This document shows, piece by piece, positions 1 to 19,359 of a stretch of DNA of 64,000 bases (its first letter is position 1; each line of letters opens with the position of its first letter). The DNA comes from Eledone cirrhosa (taxonomy: Eukaryota): the NCBI GenBank assembly GCA_964016885.1, contig OZ024741.1, positions 267,778,001 through 267,842,000 on the forward strand, written 5' to 3'. Both the position numbers and the translations under genes were made by a program. Below the pieces are notes generated by a model. The model worked only from the letters and a program-made list of their open reading frames with translations, did no database searches and was not told the DNA's origin.

Positions 1-1092
1 GAACCCAGATCCCCTCAGGGAAATGGCCTTGCTCAGTATGTAGGAAAGGTGTAGGTAGGAACTCCATTCTCTGCTCCAAATGCAAACAATGGGTACACAA
101 GAGATGTAGCGGGATCTCAGGAAGCTTAATTAAGAATGTAGGCTTCACATGCAGCAGCTGTGCTGGGACGGCAAGCAGCAAACAGCCACAGGAAACAAGT
201 ACCATCAATCTCTGGGAGGGCTCTGTAGAAACAGTAGACAGCTTCTGCTACCTAGGTGACCGAATTAGCAGCGGAGGTGGGTGTTCAGAAAGTACAATAA
301 CTAGGGTAAGAATGGGATGGAAGAAGTTTAGGGAACTACTACCATGCTAGCTGCAAAAGGCTTCTCCCTCAGAATGAAAGGCAGACTGTACGATGCGTGT
401 ATCCGAACAGCAATGTTGAATGGTAGTGAGACCTGGGCACTGAAGGTGGAAGACTTACGTAGATTAGAGAGAAACGAATCCTGCATGCTCCGATGGATGT
501 GTAACAGTAATATACGTGAACGACAAAGCATAAATGAATTGAGAGAGAGACTGAGCATAAGAGGAATCAAATGCTGTGTGCAGGAGAGGCGGTTACGCTG
601 GTATGGACATGTGATGCGTATGAAGGATGACAGCTGCATAAAAAGGTGCAGAGCACTAGAAGTCGATGGAAACCGCGGAGTGGGGAGACCCAAGATGGCC
701 TGGGATGAGGTGATAAAAGCCGACCTTACACCTCTCAAAGGCAATGACACATGACCGTGACCTCTGGCGTCAGGCAGTAATACAGAGTACCCGACCTCCC
801 ATGGGTACAAGCTGAAGCATATAGACAATACGCCCCACACACCCCACCGCAAGGTAGTCGTGGAGGTGCCACGGCAAAAAAGCACCCAGCCCACACTGTA
901 AAGTGGACGTGTAGGTGCCATGAAAAAGCACCCAGCACTCACTGTAAATGAGGTTGGTGTTAGGAAGGGCATCCAGCTGTAGAAATCAAGCGAAATCAGT
1001 TCCTGTATCAGCAACAGACACTGCCCATAAACAGGACAACCCGTCTAACCCATGCTAGCGTGGAAGAACGGACGTAAAACGGTGATGATGAT
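1..1092 (+). mobile_element. RTE-type LINE, family A, 3' part (PHD-like insert, end of RT, 3' UTR, (GAT)n tail); frameshifted
   Basis: Translates [31 protein letters not shown]...FCYLGD...[11 protein letters not shown]...GRPK; ends GGACGTAAAACGGTGATGATGAT; near-identical to 25365-26475. Confidence 0.9.
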
Positions 1093-2310
<1,218 letters not shown>

Positions 2311-2314
<4 letters not shown>

Positions 2315-2697
2315 TCATCATCATCATCATCACCGTTTTACGTCCGTTCTTCCACGCTAGCATGGGTTAGACGGGTTGTCCTGTTGTGGGCAGTGTCTGG
2401 TCAGCTGACCATGCCTTGCTCATACAGGAACTGATCTGGCTTGATTTCTACAGCTGGATGCCCTTCCTAACACCAACCTCATTTACAGTGAGTGCTGGGT
2501 GCTTTTTCGTGGCGCCTACACGTCCACTTTACAGTGTGGGCTGGGTGCTTTTTTGCCGTGGCACCTCCACGACCACCTTGCGGTGGGGGGGGGGGGGCAT
2601 ATTGTTTATATGCTTCAGCATGTACCCATGGGAGGTCGGGTACCCTGTATTACTGCGTGACGCCAGAAGTCACGGTCGTGTGTCATTGACTTTGAGA
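2311..2697 (-). mobile_element. RTE family A 3' end (heavily 5'-truncated), inverted relative to 1-1092
   Basis: (CAT)n then reverse complement of family A 3' UTR (CCGTTTTACGTCCGTTCTTCCACGCTAGCATGGG...). Confidence 0.92.
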
Positions 2698-2717
2698 TAT
2701 ATTTATATATATATATA

Positions 2718-3030
2718 TTAAGAGAGTAAAACAAAGAAGCCTTCAATACATCAAAAGTCTTTATTAGCCGACAATGTTTCGTCCTATTAAGGACTCATCA
2801 GGGCAATTCAAACAACAAGAAGTAATAACGGCAGATACAAGCCAGAAGCTCCGAAGAATATGGAGTGTACATATACTAGAGTATTGCAAAAATATATAAT
2901 ATTGAAGGCTTCTTTGTTTTACTCTCTTAATTTTTCGGCTCTGTTTAACTACATTGAGCTATACCTTTTACTGTCATTTCTATAATACGAAGAGGGTGTT
3001 TAACTCCAACACGCTCCAGTATTTTAACCT
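2718..3030. mobile_element. Penelope-like pLTR remnant with 31-bp inverted repeat (2718-2748 / 2900-2930)
   Basis: Perfect inverted repeat TTAAGAGAGTAAAACAAAGAAGCCTTCAATA enclosing a hammerhead motif; flanked by (TA)n. Confidence 0.7.
2766..2805 (-). ncRNA. Type I hammerhead ribozyme (minimal, Penelope-type)
   Basis: Minus strand gcc-CUGAUGA-gucc-uuaaua-ggac-GAAAC-auu-GUC-ggc followed by AAUAAA; full core and stems I-III. Confidence 0.85.
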
Positions 3031-3250
<220 letters not shown>

Positions 3251-3322
3251 AAGAAAAAGAGATGAAATCGAAAATGCAACTGGAGTCTTATTTTTTTTTT
3301 AAATATATATATTTATTTGGTT

Positions 3323-3360
3323 CCTTTACCAGTTTCGCAGTTCTTCTGCTTTTCAAAAGG
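3323..3360 (-). ncRNA. Decayed hammerhead ribozyme
   Basis: Minus strand ccuu-UUGAAAA-gcag-aagaa-cugc-GAAAC-ug-GUA-aagg then AAUAAA; stems I and II perfect, CUGANGA box has 2 substitutions. Confidence 0.6.
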
Positions 3361-3575
3361 TGAGTTGAGATGGAGGGTCTGTGGTTTTTCTCACATCTGG
3401 TTGGTCTCTGAATGTTACTTGTTTTATATGGAAAAAGTGGCTCGAAATGCCAGGTTTTTCGAGAAGTAATTTGATTGGTTTGTCAATAATTATAATAAAT
3501 TTCGCGCCAGTTCGCGTTACAATAGTTCTTCAAATAAGAGGGGGGGTTGTCACAGGTTGTTTTTTCATATATGAT

Positions 3576-4194
3576 TGTTTGAATTTCTTTTTACTTGAAA
3601 AAAGGAGGGTCATGAAGGCTTTTTTTGGTTGGTTATAAATGAAATTATGGCTGTCACGTGAACAAATTTTCATTAAATTTTTGTGCCCTTATTTGGAAAT
3701 CCATTCTCTAGCCTTTTTAGAGAATTTTTTGATAAAAAGATAATGGTCAAGAGAAAGGGATGGGAGAATTGTTCTGGTTCAGTGAATATGGTTAGTTCGC
3801 TGGGGTGTCAGAATTCAGATTTTCTATTGAATAAAGAAAGTAAAGATATGTGTGTTTATTTGTGTGCTTGTGTGTGTGTGTGCGTGTGTGTGTGTGTGTG
3901 TGTTTGAATTTCTTTACTTTAGAAAAAGGTGGCTCACGAAGGCTTTTTTTTAATAAACGTGATTTGATTGGTTATAAATGAAATTATGGCTGTCACGTGA
4001 ACAAGTTTTCATTACATTTTGGCGCCCTTATTTAGAAAACTATTCTGTAGTCTTTATAACGAATGTTATGACAATGGAAAGATAGTGGTCAAGAGAAAAG
4101 GGATTGTTCTGGTTCAGTGAATATGGTTAGTTCGCTGGGGTGTCAGAGTTCAGATTTTCTATTGAAGTGAAGATATGTATGTTTATTTGTGTGC

Positions 4195-4227
<33 letters not shown>

Positions 4228-4230
4228 TAT
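3576..4230. repeat. Diverged ~325-bp direct duplication (3576-3900, 3901-~4230), each ending in (GT)n
   Basis: Shared TTGGTTATAAATGAAATTATGGCTGTCACGTGAACAA and TTGTTCTGGTTCAGTGAATATGGTTAGTTCGCTGGGGTGTCAGA blocks. Confidence 0.85.
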
Positions 4231-4751
4231 TGGAAGATGATTCTATTAGTAGAAATGGGGGAGGGAGTTGTGTGTGTGTGTATATGGGTGTTATGTGTGT
4301 GTGTGCGAGTATGTTAAGATGGAGAGAATATATATTTTGTGTGTGTGTATATATATGTGTGTAGGAAAGTGGTTCTATTAGTAGAAATGGGGAGGGAGTT
4401 GTGGGTGTGGGGGTTGTTATGTGTGTGTATGGGTGTTATGTGTGTGGGAGTATGGTTAGCATGTTAAGATGAAGGGAATATATATATATATATATTGTGT
4501 GTGTGTGTATGTGTGTGTGTAGGAAAGTGATTCCTTTAGTATAGGAATATTTTTGAATGAACATATTTTCCTTACTTATTCGTGTTTGCTGTTGTATTGT
4601 CAGTGCAAACGTATGTTAAGGTTTATTTAGTTCGGGTTTTTATTTTCTAAAGTAGAAGGTGTTATGTGTGTGTGTGTATGTCATATTATTTAGAAAATAA
4701 AAACCCGAACTAAATAAACCTTAAAAAAATTAAAAATATAATTACAAAGAA

Positions 4752-5509
4752 TCAGTCCAGAGACTTGTAGTTATGCAATAGATGTTTGGTGACGTGTGGA
4801 CAACGTGTGAAAAATTCCCTTCTCGTGTTTAGGCAATCACTATTGCATAATCTCTTTAGGATAGTTATTCGTTCGTCAATACATAAGCCACACGTCGGAT
4901 TTCCCCCTGCGTATGGCTTGGACTTAGTGATGGCTTTCCATTGAATGGAGTACCCTATACTTGAGTCCTTGAGGGACCATACGTGGCTTGCGAGTTTCGT
5001 GGATGAACGTCTGTCTGGATATCTGAAGGTAGACTGGTGGTTCAGGAAACGCTCCTTGAATCGGCCCTCCGCCATGCCCACATAGGATTTGACCTCCTGT
5101 GGTTGGTTTGGTCGGTTGGAAGTGACCACAGCTTCATAGATTACAGCTGGTGTGTTACATTGCTGTTGAAGGGGGCAAGCTTCAGGCTTACGGCAAGAGC
5201 ACCCTGGTGGGGTGTTGCTCCTAGGGCTGCTGGTGATGTGGGCCTTCATGTTCTTAGCGCAGGAGTATCCTAGTTTAACTTTGTGTCGGTTAAAGATGGA
5301 GCGGTATTTATGACCTATGGGGAAGTGTCTATCTAAGAGGGCTAGAAATATTTTTCCTACATTGGTTTTAACATTGAGTGAGAAGGGAGGAGAGAACCAG
5401 ATAGTTTGTCTATTGTTGTGCTTACTTTTCTTATTGCTGTTGTTGATAGTCGGAGAGTAAGTGATAGGTTGTGAGAAACCGCTGTTAGCCAACACCGTGT
5501 TATAGTAGA
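4752..5509 (-). mobile_element. Penelope-like element (Naiad-type), 5'-truncated: RT thumb/linker + GIY-YIG endonuclease
   Basis: [26 protein letters not shown]...SYVGMAEGRFKERFLNH, CGLCIDE...LNTRRE...CPH; open to stop at 4752; near-identical to 21520-22276. Confidence 0.9.
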
Positions 5510-5532
5510 CATATATATATATATATATGTCT

Positions 5533-7771
5533 ATCATCATCATCATCATCATCATCATTTTACGTCCGCTTTTCCCTGCTTGCAAGGGTGGGATGGGTCT
5601 TATTCAGCACAGCATCTCTCCACTCGTCACGGTCCCTCGTCATCTCCACCGTGAGCTTCAATGATCTGAGGTCTGTTCTCACCACCTCCGCCCATGTTTT
5701 TCGTGGTCTACCTCTACTACGTCTTCCTTCAACTGGCATTTCCTGGCACTTCTTCACCCATCGGTCATCCTCCATGCGCATCACATGTCCATACCACCTC
5801 AGTCTCCTCTCCCGTACACTACATTCTATCCCTCTCAGACACAGTTTCTCTCTCAACACATTTATGCTGGGTCGTTCACGCACATTTACACTGCACATCC
5901 AACGGAGCATGCTTGCCTCATTTCTCTCCAGCCGTCGCATATCTTCTGCGGTAGCTGCCCATGTCTCACTACCATGCAGCATCGCGCTCCTCACACAGGC
6001 ATCATACAACCGGCCTTTCGTACGCAGGGAGAAACCCTTCTTCGTCAACAGAGGAAGCAGCTCCCTAAACTTCTTCCAACCCGTCCTTATTCTAGATACT
6101 ATGGCCTCGGAACACCCTCCTCCCATGCTAATCTGATCTCCTAGGTACCGGAAGCTATCCACCACTTCTATAGCGCCCTCTCGCATTTGAAAAATGTGTC
6201 TATCAGTGCGACTTCTACTGTCTAATTTCCCTGTACATCTACTGCATACATATTTCTCCCTACCTGTTAGTTTGCCTGCTATCCCGCTACATCTCTTGTG
6301 TACCCAGGACCTACATTGTGTGCATTTTATAGAATTTATGCCAGTTCCTTTTCTGCATATCGAACATGGCCATTTCCCTGACGGAATCAGGGTTTTGTCC
6401 TCTTTTCTACTCATCAACACTTTTGTCTTAGCTAGATTTACTCTCAGTCCTCTTGCTTCCAACTGCTGTTTCCATAGCCGGAATTTATTCTCTAGCTCCT
6501 CTACTGATTCTGCCATAAGAGCCAGATCGTCAGCATAGAGAAGTTCCCATGGACAGCCAGTCTTAAACTCCTCTGTTATGGCTTGGAGGACTATAATGAA
6601 CAAGAGCGGGCTGAGGACCGAACCCTGATGTACTCCTACTTGTATCTGGAATTCCTCACTAAACTCCATTCCTACCCTGACTTTACTGAGAGTACCTCTG
6701 TACAAAGTTTGCACTGTCCTTACAAGCCATTCCTCAACACCCAGCTTCCTTAGGGACCACCAGATGACAGATCGGGGTACCCTATCAAAGGCCTTCTCTA
6801 GGTCAACAAAGGCCAAGTATAGTGGCTTATTCTTCTCTAAGAACCTCTCTTGCATTTGTCTCACCAAGAAGAGGGCATCTGTTGTACTCTTCCCAGGCAC
6901 AAAACCAAACTGCATCTCATCTAGTTTGACCCTTTCTCTAATTAGTTGTGCTAAAATCCTTTCTGCCACTTTCATAACCTGATCTATCAGTTTTATACCC
7001 CTATAATTGCTCCTCTCCAAAGCATCCCCTTTACCTTTGTAGCAATTTATGAGAATACTGCTGCACCAGTCTTTGGGTATGACACCACCATATATAGCCT
7101 GATTGATTATGCGTGCAACCAGTTTAGTGCCTACGTCCCCTGATGCCTTCAGCATCTCAGCAACTATTCCCGATGATCCGGCCGCCTTACCATTTTTCAT
7201 TTCCCTAATCGCCTCTTGGACCCTATATTCGTCAATCTCAATAGCTGGTCCCTCTGTCGGATCTACCAAGGGTAATTTCTCTCTCTCCCATTCGTTCTCC
7301 ACATTCATCAGTCTCTCATAATGGCATTTCCAGGCCTCCTTTTTCTGGTCATTCGTGACACTAAGTACACCGGCATCATCCCGGACACATTTATCACCAA
7401 CAACATCCTGATTTGCATTGACACACTGCCTTGCAATGTGGAACACCGCACGCCTCTGATCTTCCCGTCGCAGAACATTGGCAAACCTCCTACTCTCTGC
7501 CTCCCTGCGTGCTAAGTACACCTGACGTCTAGCTTCTCTCTTAGTGGCTGTATATTCTTCCCTACTCCCACCCTTATTCCAAGCCTTCCATGCTAGTCTT
7601 TTGTCTCTAATAGCCTTATCTACACTGCTGTTCCACCACCAGGTCACTCTCTGTCTGGTTGGGGCTCTGCTCCAGCCACAAGTTTCATCAGTAGCCTTCA
7701 GCAAGTTGTCACGTAAGAACTTCCAGTTATTATCTATGTCATACGTCTCTAAATCGTCTTCTTTTTCGTCA
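5533..7771 (-). mobile_element. RTE-type LINE, family B, 5'-truncated; uninterrupted ~735-codon ORF (complete RT with PHD-like insert) running into the (GAT)n tail
   Basis: [47 protein letters not shown]4HC3 insert, [14 protein letters not shown]; stop at 5560 inside GGACGTAAAATGATGATG. Confidence 0.95.
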
Positions 7772-13303
<5,532 letters not shown>

Positions 13304-13376
13304 TGATGGCTGCCCCTCGTTATCGAGTATGGCCATTGCACAATAAAAAAAAAAAAATAAAATAAAAAAAAATAAA

Positions 13377-13434
<58 letters not shown>

Positions 13435-16400
13435 GCAATAATAATAATAACGACAACAACAATAATAATATACATATTCATATATATATACACACACACG
13501 CACGCACATAAGCATATCTACACACACACACGATAGCAACTAACAGTGCTGCGATCGAATGTGGCTTTTTAGCCCAGCCAATGATCCAAAATGTCTTGCA
13601 CAGACTCGGCAACCAAAACATTTACTGGGAATAGTCGGCTGTGGTTGGAGTTCGTGTACTTTTGCATGTCGCTTGAGTCCTCCTGCTGATTTACATTCTC
13701 TACCACATGTTTGGCAAGCATGATGAGTAGCATCTCCAACAGCAGCCTGGTAGTCAACCACTGGTCTTACTTTATGACTGCGAAGATGACTTTCGAGTCC
13801 AGCTTTGCTTAGGCAGAGTCTCGCACAGACGCTGCATGTCAGAAACATAGGAGGACCCTCGCCGTCTGGAAGTGCAACAGCAATACCCTTCCTCACGTCC
13901 CGCTTTACTTTCTCGTGTGCGATTCGAGATGCCTCAAAGGCAACTTTTCCCTCATATACAGTCTTTCTCCATTTATTACGATCAGCAGCAATATTTTCCC
14001 ATGTATCAGCAGAGATGTTAGCGTCTTTCAGAGAGGCCTTCAAGGAATCCTTATACCTCTTTTTTGGTTTATGTGGCGGTCGTTTTCCTTTAACCAACTC
14101 TCCATAGAAGAGTTGTTTTGGTATTCTAGAATCCTTCATCCTGGCAAGGTGACCACTCCAACGGAGTCGCTGCTTAAGCACAAGAGCTTCTATACTGTCA
14201 CACATAGAGCTTTCCAAAATCTCGACATCACTGATGTGGTCCCTCCAGCGAACGCCATGTATCCGTCTGAGACACATCTGATGGAAACGCTCCAATTGCT
14301 TAAGGTGGCGTCGATATGTGACCCAGGTCTCGCAGGCATAAAGAAGACAAGAGAGTACACATGCCCTGTACACCTTTACCTTTGTCCTCCTGCATATGTC
14401 TCGCCGACCCCAGAGTCGCCTTTCTAGCTTTCCGAAAGCATCACTTGCTTTCCTAATCCTAAGTGAGATTTCACTGTCAAGGTTGCCGTATCGATTGACA
14501 GTGCTTCCCAGGTAGACAAACTGATCAACCACTCCAAGTCGTTTGCCATACACATAGATGTTTGGTTCAGTGTACTGCCTACCAGGTGCAGGTTGGTACA
14601 TGACGACGGTTTTCTTGAGACTGACAGTCAAACCCAGGGCAGTGCAAGCGTCAGAAAATACATTCAAAATGTGCTGCATGATCACTCTCTGTGTGCGCTA
14701 CAAGATCGCAATCATCTGCATACAAGAGGTCTCTTATGACTGATGTAAATACTTTTGTCTTCGCAGCAAAGCGCCTGATGTTAAATATGCTGCCTGAGGT
14801 TCGATATCGGATGTAAACACCATGCTCGCAATTCCTGAATGCAATACAGAAAACCATTGCAAAGTATATGGCAAACAGGGTCGGTGCTGGAATATCCCCC
14901 TGTTTCACTCCATTTTTTACTGAGATAGGCTCCGACATGTTACCTCCGACATTAACCCAAGCCTTCATGTCGTCATGGAAAGACCTAACTAAAGCAAGGA
15001 ACTTATCAGGGCAACCAAGTTTCTGGAGAACCTTCCATAATGCATCTCTGTTGACAGTATCGAAAGCCTTTGTCAGATCGACAAAAACCTGATACAGATC
15101 CAAGCCCTGTTCAATGCACTTCTCCTGGAGCTGTCTAGCTGAGAAGATCATATCAGTAGTGCCGCGTCCAACACGAAACCAGATTGACTTTCAGGAAGGA
15201 CACAATCTGCAATGTGTGTCAGACGGTCCAGAAGCACCCTACATAAAACTTTCCCCACGACAGAAAGCAATGATATACCTCTGTAGTTCCCACAATCATT
15301 CCTGTTACCCTTTCCCTTGTACAAGACCACCATTACTGCATCTCTCCAGTCCTCAGGCACGGATTCATTAGCCCATATCCTTCCAAACAGAGAGTGAAGA
15401 TGTTGCAGGAGTCTCTCACCACCATATTGTAGGAGCTCAGCATGTATGCCATCCATACCTGGAGATCTTCCACTGTTCAGCTTCGAAATAGCCACTGCAA
15501 CCTCCACAAGTGTCGGAGGCTCTGCGAGAGCTACTTTCACAGGACTTTCCGGAATGAGATTGAGGAAATCTTCACTGACGACAGACGGCTGATTCAAAAG
15601 ATCATCAAAGTGCTCCCGCCACCTTCGTAGAATTCCCTGTGAGTCACGAAGAAGTTCTTTGCCATCCTTGCTGCGAATCGGTGTCACCAGAGAAGAAGAC
15701 GGTCCATAAACCTCACGCAAGAGACTGTACAACAGCTTTGTGTTATTGCAATCAGACGCAGTTTGTATCTCACCAGCCTTCTCACTCCACCACTGATCCT
15801 TCATCTGAGAAAGACTCCGCCTAACACGTGATTTTACATCCCTGAGCTCCTCATGCAACGTATTCCTCTCCTGTGGTCTTGCCGTCAAGTAGCGTGACAG
15901 AGCGCGCCTCTTATCAGCCAACAAGTCATCTATATGCACATCTTTCTCATTAAACCAGTCCTGATGTTTTCTCTGCACCAATCCCAGAACACGTCTGCCT
16001 ACATCATAAACCGACTTTTTAAGGGTCGGCCAATCCTCACCAAGATCTGCAGCCTGCATCTCTTCTTCCAATGTCCTCTTCACATTTTTATCCTTAAGAC
16101 GAGCAGCATTCAATCTTTTGGGCAGGGTAACACCAGGAGCCCAGATTTTACGTTTGGTGATTAGATTCACTTTTGCGCGTACCAGGCGGTGGTCCGTCCA
16201 GCACTCAGCTCCACGAAGAACACGAACACACCGCACATCCTGTCTGTCACGCATCCTGACTAGGACGTAGTCCAAAAGATGCCATTCCTTAGATGCAGGA
16301 TGCATCCATGTGGTCTTGAATTTGTTCTTTTGTTGGAACATGGTGTTGGTAACACACAGATCCAGCTCCTCACACATCTGCAGCAAGAGCATACCATTGC

Positions 16401-17143
16401 TGTTACACTTTCCCACCCCATGCCTTCCGATTACATTCCATGTGTTAAAATCCCTACCCACTCTAGCATTAAAGTCACCAAGCACGATGACTTTGTCTGC
16501 CTGAGGGATATTTCTTAAAACACCTTTCAAGGCATGGTAAAAGGACAGTTTTTCTTCATCGACAGAATTCATAGTTGGAGCATACACACTCACCAGGGTA
16601 GCATATCTTCCCTTGTCCAGCGGAACTCTCATGGACATAAGACGCTCACTAATCCCCACTGGGAATTCTTCCAATTTATTCACCAGTACAGTCTTAACAG
16701 CAAATCCTACCCCAGCCTCTCTTCTGGTTCCTTCATCTCTTCCTTTCCAGAAGAATGTATATTCTCCACAAAATTCCGTAAGATGACCATCTCCAGCTAA
16801 CCTCGTCTCAGACAAAGCCACGATGTCAAGATCGTAACGTCGAAGCTCCTTCGCAACAAGAGCGGTCCTTCGTTCAGGACGCTCCAAAGAATCCCTGTCA
16901 AGCAGCGTCCGTACGTTCCAGCAGCCAAGACTAAATGCCCTGTTTGGCTCTATTACAATGGCACGATGACGGGCGGGCCCAGGTTGTGATAACTTGGGGC
17001 CCCTGCCCTTATTGCCAATGATCTTTTTTGTTCCAGAACCCAAATTGGCAATTATCTCGTTTACATTGTTCTGGAACATCATTGAATTGGAAAAAAAAAA
17101 AAAAAAAAAAAAAGGGAGAAAAAAAAAAAAAAAAGTAATAATA

Positions 17144-17178
<35 letters not shown>

Positions 17179-17479
17179 ACACTATTAATAATTATTAATG
17201 CACTCGTGCAATGCCTGTGCGTGACGAATATTTTTAAAGTGAGGAAAGACTGTGCACTGAACCAATCCCACTCTCTGAGCGACAGTAGCTATAACCCGAA
17301 AAGAAGAAAAGATCAACATCATCGGTAACTACTGAGCCGCAGGTTTTATATCGGAGTTAACCCAGTTTCCTGAGATGCCTTCTCCTAGAAGAATACCCTG
17401 ACATGGGCTAGGGGTTCTTCACTCCCAGTGGTTTAACTGCGCGATCGGGCATCCAGCCCGATTATTTCTATGTCCCCGC

Positions 17480-17481
<2 letters not shown>
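13304..17481 (-). mobile_element. Near full-length RTE (BovB-like) LINE: 5' UTR, APE endonuclease, RT, three C2H2 zinc fingers, 3' UTR
   Basis: WNVRTL, LSETRL, YAPT, GDFNARVG, LLDY, TDH; FVDLTKAFD, GVKQG, LLYADD, FVYLGS; 3' terminus ATGGCCATACTCGATAACGAGGGGCAGCCATCA. Confidence 0.93.
13540..17082 (-). pseudogene. EN-RT-ZnF ORF of the RTE element, split by two apparent 1-nt frameshifts (~15175, ~14680)
   Basis: ORFs 15148-17082, 14651-15151 and 13540-14685 join into one collinear RTE protein with no internal stops. Confidence 0.9.
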
Positions 17482-17525
<44 letters not shown>

Positions 17526-19359
17526 ACTTATTGACACTTATACGTACGACATACACACACACGCATACATATGCGTGCACACAGCAACACTCACACACAC
17601 AACAAACACACACACATATATATAAATGTCTATATATATATATATAAATGTCTATGAATCCGGTGATATCATCAGGTATTGGAATATAACAAAGGAATAT
17701 GTAAAAAACTATGGGTCTGAAAAATCATGCTCCAATAATGTTGAGCACTTCAAAATGTAATATTGAACAGCGGCACTGACCTCTGTGTACAGCTATTGCC
17801 AACATGGGATTAACTGATCTCCTTACCATTTGGATTTTGGCTGCTCTGTGCTTTATCTACCGCCACCTGATACTACTTCCTTGTCGGGATGATTCCGATT
17901 CCGACAAAACTCTACGTATTATACTAAAACATGTATTGTATTGACTGAATTCTCTACTCTATACCTCAGGACTTTCTGTGACTCACACTGAATTCGGAGA
18001 CCCGAACTTTACACTAGGTACAACCTGTTACCATTCCATCTCCTCCATCCTCTATATCTATATGTACAACCTGTATTATCTTACTACAACTTGATCTATA
18101 TTGTATTTCCCCTACACTCTGATTCCTCCGATATGTTCTTATATACTTCCATCTTTCTACATCCCTAGTTATTTACCTTTATTAATTTTTTTATTATTTC
18201 ATTAATGTATTTTTTTTTTTTTTTTTATTATTTTATGAATGTATTTTTATCAATCTATTCTATCTTTATATTTGTATTTTATCTTTATATCCTGCTTTTA
18301 TTATTTTTTTTGTAACTTTCCTTACTTAGGTCATTATGCACCTTTCATAGCCCCCTACACACCTAAGAACCACATTACTTATAACCCGAACTAACTGGGA
18401 CTTTAAAATAATTTTGGTCTATTTGCACTTTTCATTGGGTTTCTAGCTTCGACTTGTGTGGTGGCTTTTCCCGGGTGCGCGCTGGGCACTCGGAAAGTTC
18501 AGCCTTCCTTGAGTGCTCGGAAAAATAAATTTCTCCTCTTTCGGTAAATGAAATTACTCGGAGCGGCTTGCTTTGCCCCAGTCCCACCGCGCCGCCTATT
18601 TTGGCCGCCATATTATACTTATACCTATAAACTCCAGGTTTAGGCATAACTATTAGCTGTATCATGCCTCTACTGGCACGTAAATAAATCCCTCATGTGT
18701 GATTTAATAATATTCGTTTGGTATAGACGATGGCCTGTCGAAATTGTGGCGTTCCCGCTAGCGCTTCCAGGGCCTAAGGTAGCTACATTCCTAGAGTACT
18801 CGAAAAAATTAATTTCCATTTCTTTCGCTGGACGATACCACTCGAGACTGGCTGACTCATGGTGGGGGTGGGAGGGGGGGGTACTGGCTGGGACTCGCAA
18901 TCGAAATCTTTACTCTATATCCCATCCTAATATCAAATTTTTTCATATAAGACTCTCTCCGTAAGTTCATTAAATAAATCTCGCTACCTTAACCTTTAAT
19001 TTTCTAATAACTTATTTTTCAATTTATCATTTTGCAATTTAATATTTTTAATTTAATTTAATTTCATCCTATAACTCGCAACATAAGTTTAACGTTCCAA
19101 TCTTCGGTTCACACATTAGACCATACAGACACCCATTATAGATTCTTTGGAGTAGCATTTTTTCGCGGCATTTTCTAGCATGAATGTAGTATGACCCTTA
19201 CGCTAACTTCTTTCTCCCTTTCTTTCTTTCTTCCCCTTTTTCTTTGATGGAGAGGTGGTAGTGCATTATAAGCCTTCACCCCCTCACCAGATGTTCATTA
19301 GTAGATTCAGTTGCCACAACTTTGAGGGCGACTGGCCAAGATAGAGGCAGCTTGTTGGT

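Noticed and set aside
5588-7515. Antisense ORFs over RT regions (also 328-1014, 25609-26436, 45618-46433)
   Set aside because: Shadow frames of LINE coding sequence with no independent motif
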